From Candidatus Kerfeldbacteria bacterium (GTDB lineage: Bacteria; Patescibacteriota; Patescibacteriia; JACPL01), in the NCBI GenBank assembly GCA_016182525.1, contig JACPGL010000028.1, forward strand, positions 1-55,164: a stretch of 55,164 bases of DNA, written 5' to 3'. Position 1 is the stretch's first letter; each line of letters starts with the position of its first letter. The translations under genes were made by a program, and so were the position numbers. Positions 52,987 to 55,164 of the stretch are shown piece after piece. The notes beneath the pieces are model-generated. The model was not told the DNA's origin. It made no database searches and saw only the letters and a program-made list of their open reading frames with translations.

Positions 52987-53268
52987 TTACGCAGCAGGTG
53001 ACGCGGGCAAGCTAATCACTTCTAACGTCGCCTTCACGGAGGCGTTGTCTGAAGGCAAGAGAGTGACCTTTCCAGGATACTCCAAAAACAGCGGGGTCAA
53101 AAATTCATCGGCCCACGAAGGCGCGAATACATCAACACCAGAAAAATCCACCTCAATCGTCTCGCCCTGCTCTTTCGGTAAACTGTACGCTTTGGCAACA
53201 AGGTACGCCTCCTTGCCTGCGGGACGAGATGTCAAAACCGTGCCGAATTTTTTAAGTTCAATTTTCAT
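52987..53268 (-). CDS. STAS-like small protein (DUF4325-like)
   Basis: 93-aa ORF, GTVLTSRPAGKEAY...IEVDFSGVDVFAPSWADEFL pattern. Confidence 0.55.
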   Translation of the reverse strand: MKIELKKFGTVLTSRPAGKEAYLVAKAYSLPKEQGETIEVDFSGVDVFAPSWADEFLTPLFLEYPGKVTLLPSDNASVKATLEVISLPASPAA

Positions 53269-53652
53269 CGCTTCAAAATTTAATATAAGTCGTTGTGCCG
53301 GGGATCGTCACGTTCGATGGTTGAATCGTCAATCCCGACCCCGAGATGATCGCCATTACGCTCCCCGTAATGAATGACCTGCGCCAAGAGCGCAGGGAAA
53401 AATCAAGTTTTAAAAGTTTGATTGTGGAGCGGGAGTATGAAAGCTATTCAAACCGTGGTGCGGAAACTCATTGAGTGGGTAGAGGGTGTGGATAAGCCCA
53501 TACCGCCCTTAATATCATAACAAGAGGTACAAGTCCCGTCCACGCTTCGTGAATACCAGGCTGGATGGAACGGGCCGACATCGCATCCGCGTGTCGGCCC
53601 GAATCGTGGATGACGCTTCCCCTACATCTTCCACGAGTCCAAACGCACGAGA

Positions 53653-53823
53653 TCAGTGCTCCGCGCGGAAGAGAAATACGGCAGCCGTGACCACCATGAA
53701 GAGCACGAGGACCCCAGTCGTGATCGACCAGCCCCAATCGGTATGACCGCCTATCCAGATCGCTGGAAGAGCAAGCCCTACCATTGCGGCCGTCGTTCGT
53801 CGTGTTGCCGTCTTCGTTCTCAT
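53653..53823 (-). CDS. Hypothetical 56-aa membrane peptide
   Basis: GGGAGG 8 nt before the ATG; basic N-terminus then two hydrophobic stretches. Confidence 0.3.
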   Translation of the reverse strand: MRTKTATRRTTAAMVGLALPAIWIGGHTDWGWSITTGVLVLFMVVTAAVFLFRAEH

Positions 53824-54363
53824 ACTGCATACCTCCCTGGGGAAGCTTCTGACTCGCCTCACCAGGATGGCGCCCCCCTGTCCGCGTCCGGAGGACCGAT
53901 AGAGCACCGGAAACCTCAATCTGCGCCGCGTTTCGCGGCCGCGCCAAGCCGTCTCGCGCTTGAACCTCCCATCGGGGGTTGAGCCGAAGCACTTGAATGA
54001 GGCGATGTGTCCCCGGACCATGGCGCATTGCCGAATCATTGCAAACACTGTAGGCCACGCCCAATATATAACCTCGATGGGCCAAGCGGAACGGAATGGC
54101 GCACGACGATGAGAAATCGGCGAAATCTACCTAGGTAGTCATGACCTGCCGATCCAGGCAGGAAGATTCCCGTATAAGGCGATGAGTTCCATGAACGGGA
54201 GACCCGATGCCTGCGTATGATAATCAGTCACCATAACTGGCATCGGTCCGTCTCGTCTGCGATGACCACCCACGAGGCCGGGGCGCGATATTGACGAACC
54301 AGTCGACGTGGATGCACAATTACACTAGTCTGCGGGATATGTCAAGCCCTGGAGAACACAGCG

Positions 54364-54804
54364 CTATGCATCTTCGGCGCACACTCGAGCCGGGCAACAA
54401 AGGTGAATAATAAAGGCGAGCCCGTAACACCATATGGCGGCACCGATTAACATATAGATACTTGCGCCACTATAGAATGCAGATCTTGCGTCTTGTGCGT
54501 CCGGAGCGTTCACCGCGGACAAGCCCGGGAGGGCCATACCGTACCCAATCGTTGTAAGGGTCTGTACAGCAAAGTATTCGCCCTCGAATGGCTCCGCAGT
54601 ACACGCGGAATGTGCGCTGCAGAATGCATTGTACCAGCCAGAACATGCGCTTATGTATATCGAGACGACGAATGATGTACAAAGGAACGCGTTGAGAATG
54701 TGCTGCCATTGGGTCCGGTCCCAGCGCAGGAAGCGGAGCGTACCAACGATCATCCAGAGAACGTAAATGGCCATCGCGATTGCGCCGATGCGATCAGCTA
54801 TCAA
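54364..54804 (-). CDS. Small K+-channel-like pore protein (TTIGYG selectivity-filter signature)
   Basis: 146-aa ORF (TTG start; ATG alternative at 54774); hydrophobic helices flank YFAVQTLTTIGYGM. Confidence 0.6.
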   Translation of the reverse strand: MIADRIGAIAMAIYVLWMIVGTLRFLRWDRTQWQHILNAFLCTSFVVSIYISACSGWYNAFCSAHSACTAEPFEGEYFAVQTLTTIGYGMALPGLSAVNAPDAQDARSAFYSGASIYMLIGAAIWCYGLAFIIHLCCPARVCAEDA

Positions 54805-55074
54805 GGTGGATTCCCGTGTCCGTCTGTATACTGTGTAGGTGGCGCACCCCCAGGACGAGGAATACTACCAGTAGAACGAGAAGCAGAGCATTCAGATGCG
54901 GAATGAATGTAGGACGGCAGATGATGAGCCAGGTGGTAGTCGTGGCGAGGCAGAAGTCAATGAGCGGCGGCCGAGTTCGCGGTGTGGAGGGGGCATCGAC
55001 GCCCTTCCGGCTGACGGGGGCAACTGGTAAGGACCCCTTTCTTTTGACACATATTTCCTAAGGTTTTCTAGGAT

Positions 55075-55099
55075 AGCTCTTGCTCCAAGAGCTGTTTTT
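55075..55099 (+). terminator. Intrinsic terminator on the plus strand
   Basis: AGCTCTTG-ctc-CAAGAGCT followed by GTTTTTG; no convincing plus-strand gene upstream. Confidence 0.45.
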
Positions 55100-55164
55100 G
55101 TATACTAAAAGCACCCTCACTCCAGGAGAACGGGAGTTCTTTAACACCAAACATATGGCTCAAT

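Noticed and set aside
53468-54085. 205-aa ORF, and the long form of 53653..54048
   Set aside because: The translation is Arg/Gly-rich and unstructured-looking. Only the last 56 codons, behind a GGGAGG SD, look protein-like.
1-55164. CRISPR arrays, rRNA genes, transposases, integrases, alternative genetic code
   Set aside because: There are no regularly spaced short direct repeats and no rRNA-like conserved blocks. No ORF has transposase or integrase motifs. Long conserved genes read through with the standard code, so UGA recoding is not indicated.

Overview
55.2-kb bacterial chromosomal window read with the standard genetic code. It is mostly minus-strand housekeeping genes interleaved with small accessory modules. 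Core genes recognised from the translations: pyridoxal kinase, HU, YmdB, RNase Y, ClpP, NrnA-like DHH phosphoesterase, RbfA, IF-2, bactofilin, Ni-superoxide dismutase SodN with its protease SodX, TsaD, TsaE, RibBA, RibH, ValS, ArgS, PilB/GspE ATPase, Hsp20, VanW and PpnP. Also present are tRNA-Arg(UCG), tRNA-Glu(UUC), a 1723-aa FG-GAP/Ig-like surface protein and four TrmB-like regulators. The gene content (short IF-2, TrmB paralogues, giant surface protein, pilus ATPase, sparse metabolism) suggests an uncultivated small-genome lineage (Patescibacteria/CPR-like); this is inference only. Accessory content: a visibly AT-rich C-R-M type II restriction-modification island, AbiEi/AbiEii, a second AbiEii-like pair, HicAB, MntA with a decayed HepT, Phd with a decayed RelE, and an orphan MNT. 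I saw no rRNA, CRISPR array, transposase, integrase or prophage genes. Most unusual signals: (1) Several families of GC-rich palindromic MITE/REP-like elements fill intergenic gaps. Copies also sit in-frame inside tsaD (150 bp with terminal inverted repeats) and valS, and at the sodN/sodX and tsaE/hsp20 junctions. The conserved central segment of TsaD is missing next to one copy. (2) The -10 hexamer lies exactly 6 nt (sometimes 9-10 nt) from the start codon of about ten genes, implying leaderless mRNAs. (3) Toxin genes are decaying while their antitoxins stay intact, and one cassette is bracketed by 27-bp direct repeats that duplicate the tsaD promoter -35. (4) clpP is bracketed by 46-bp double-palindrome repeats. 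I did not recognise a complete novel multi-gene system; unknown candidates are flagged below.
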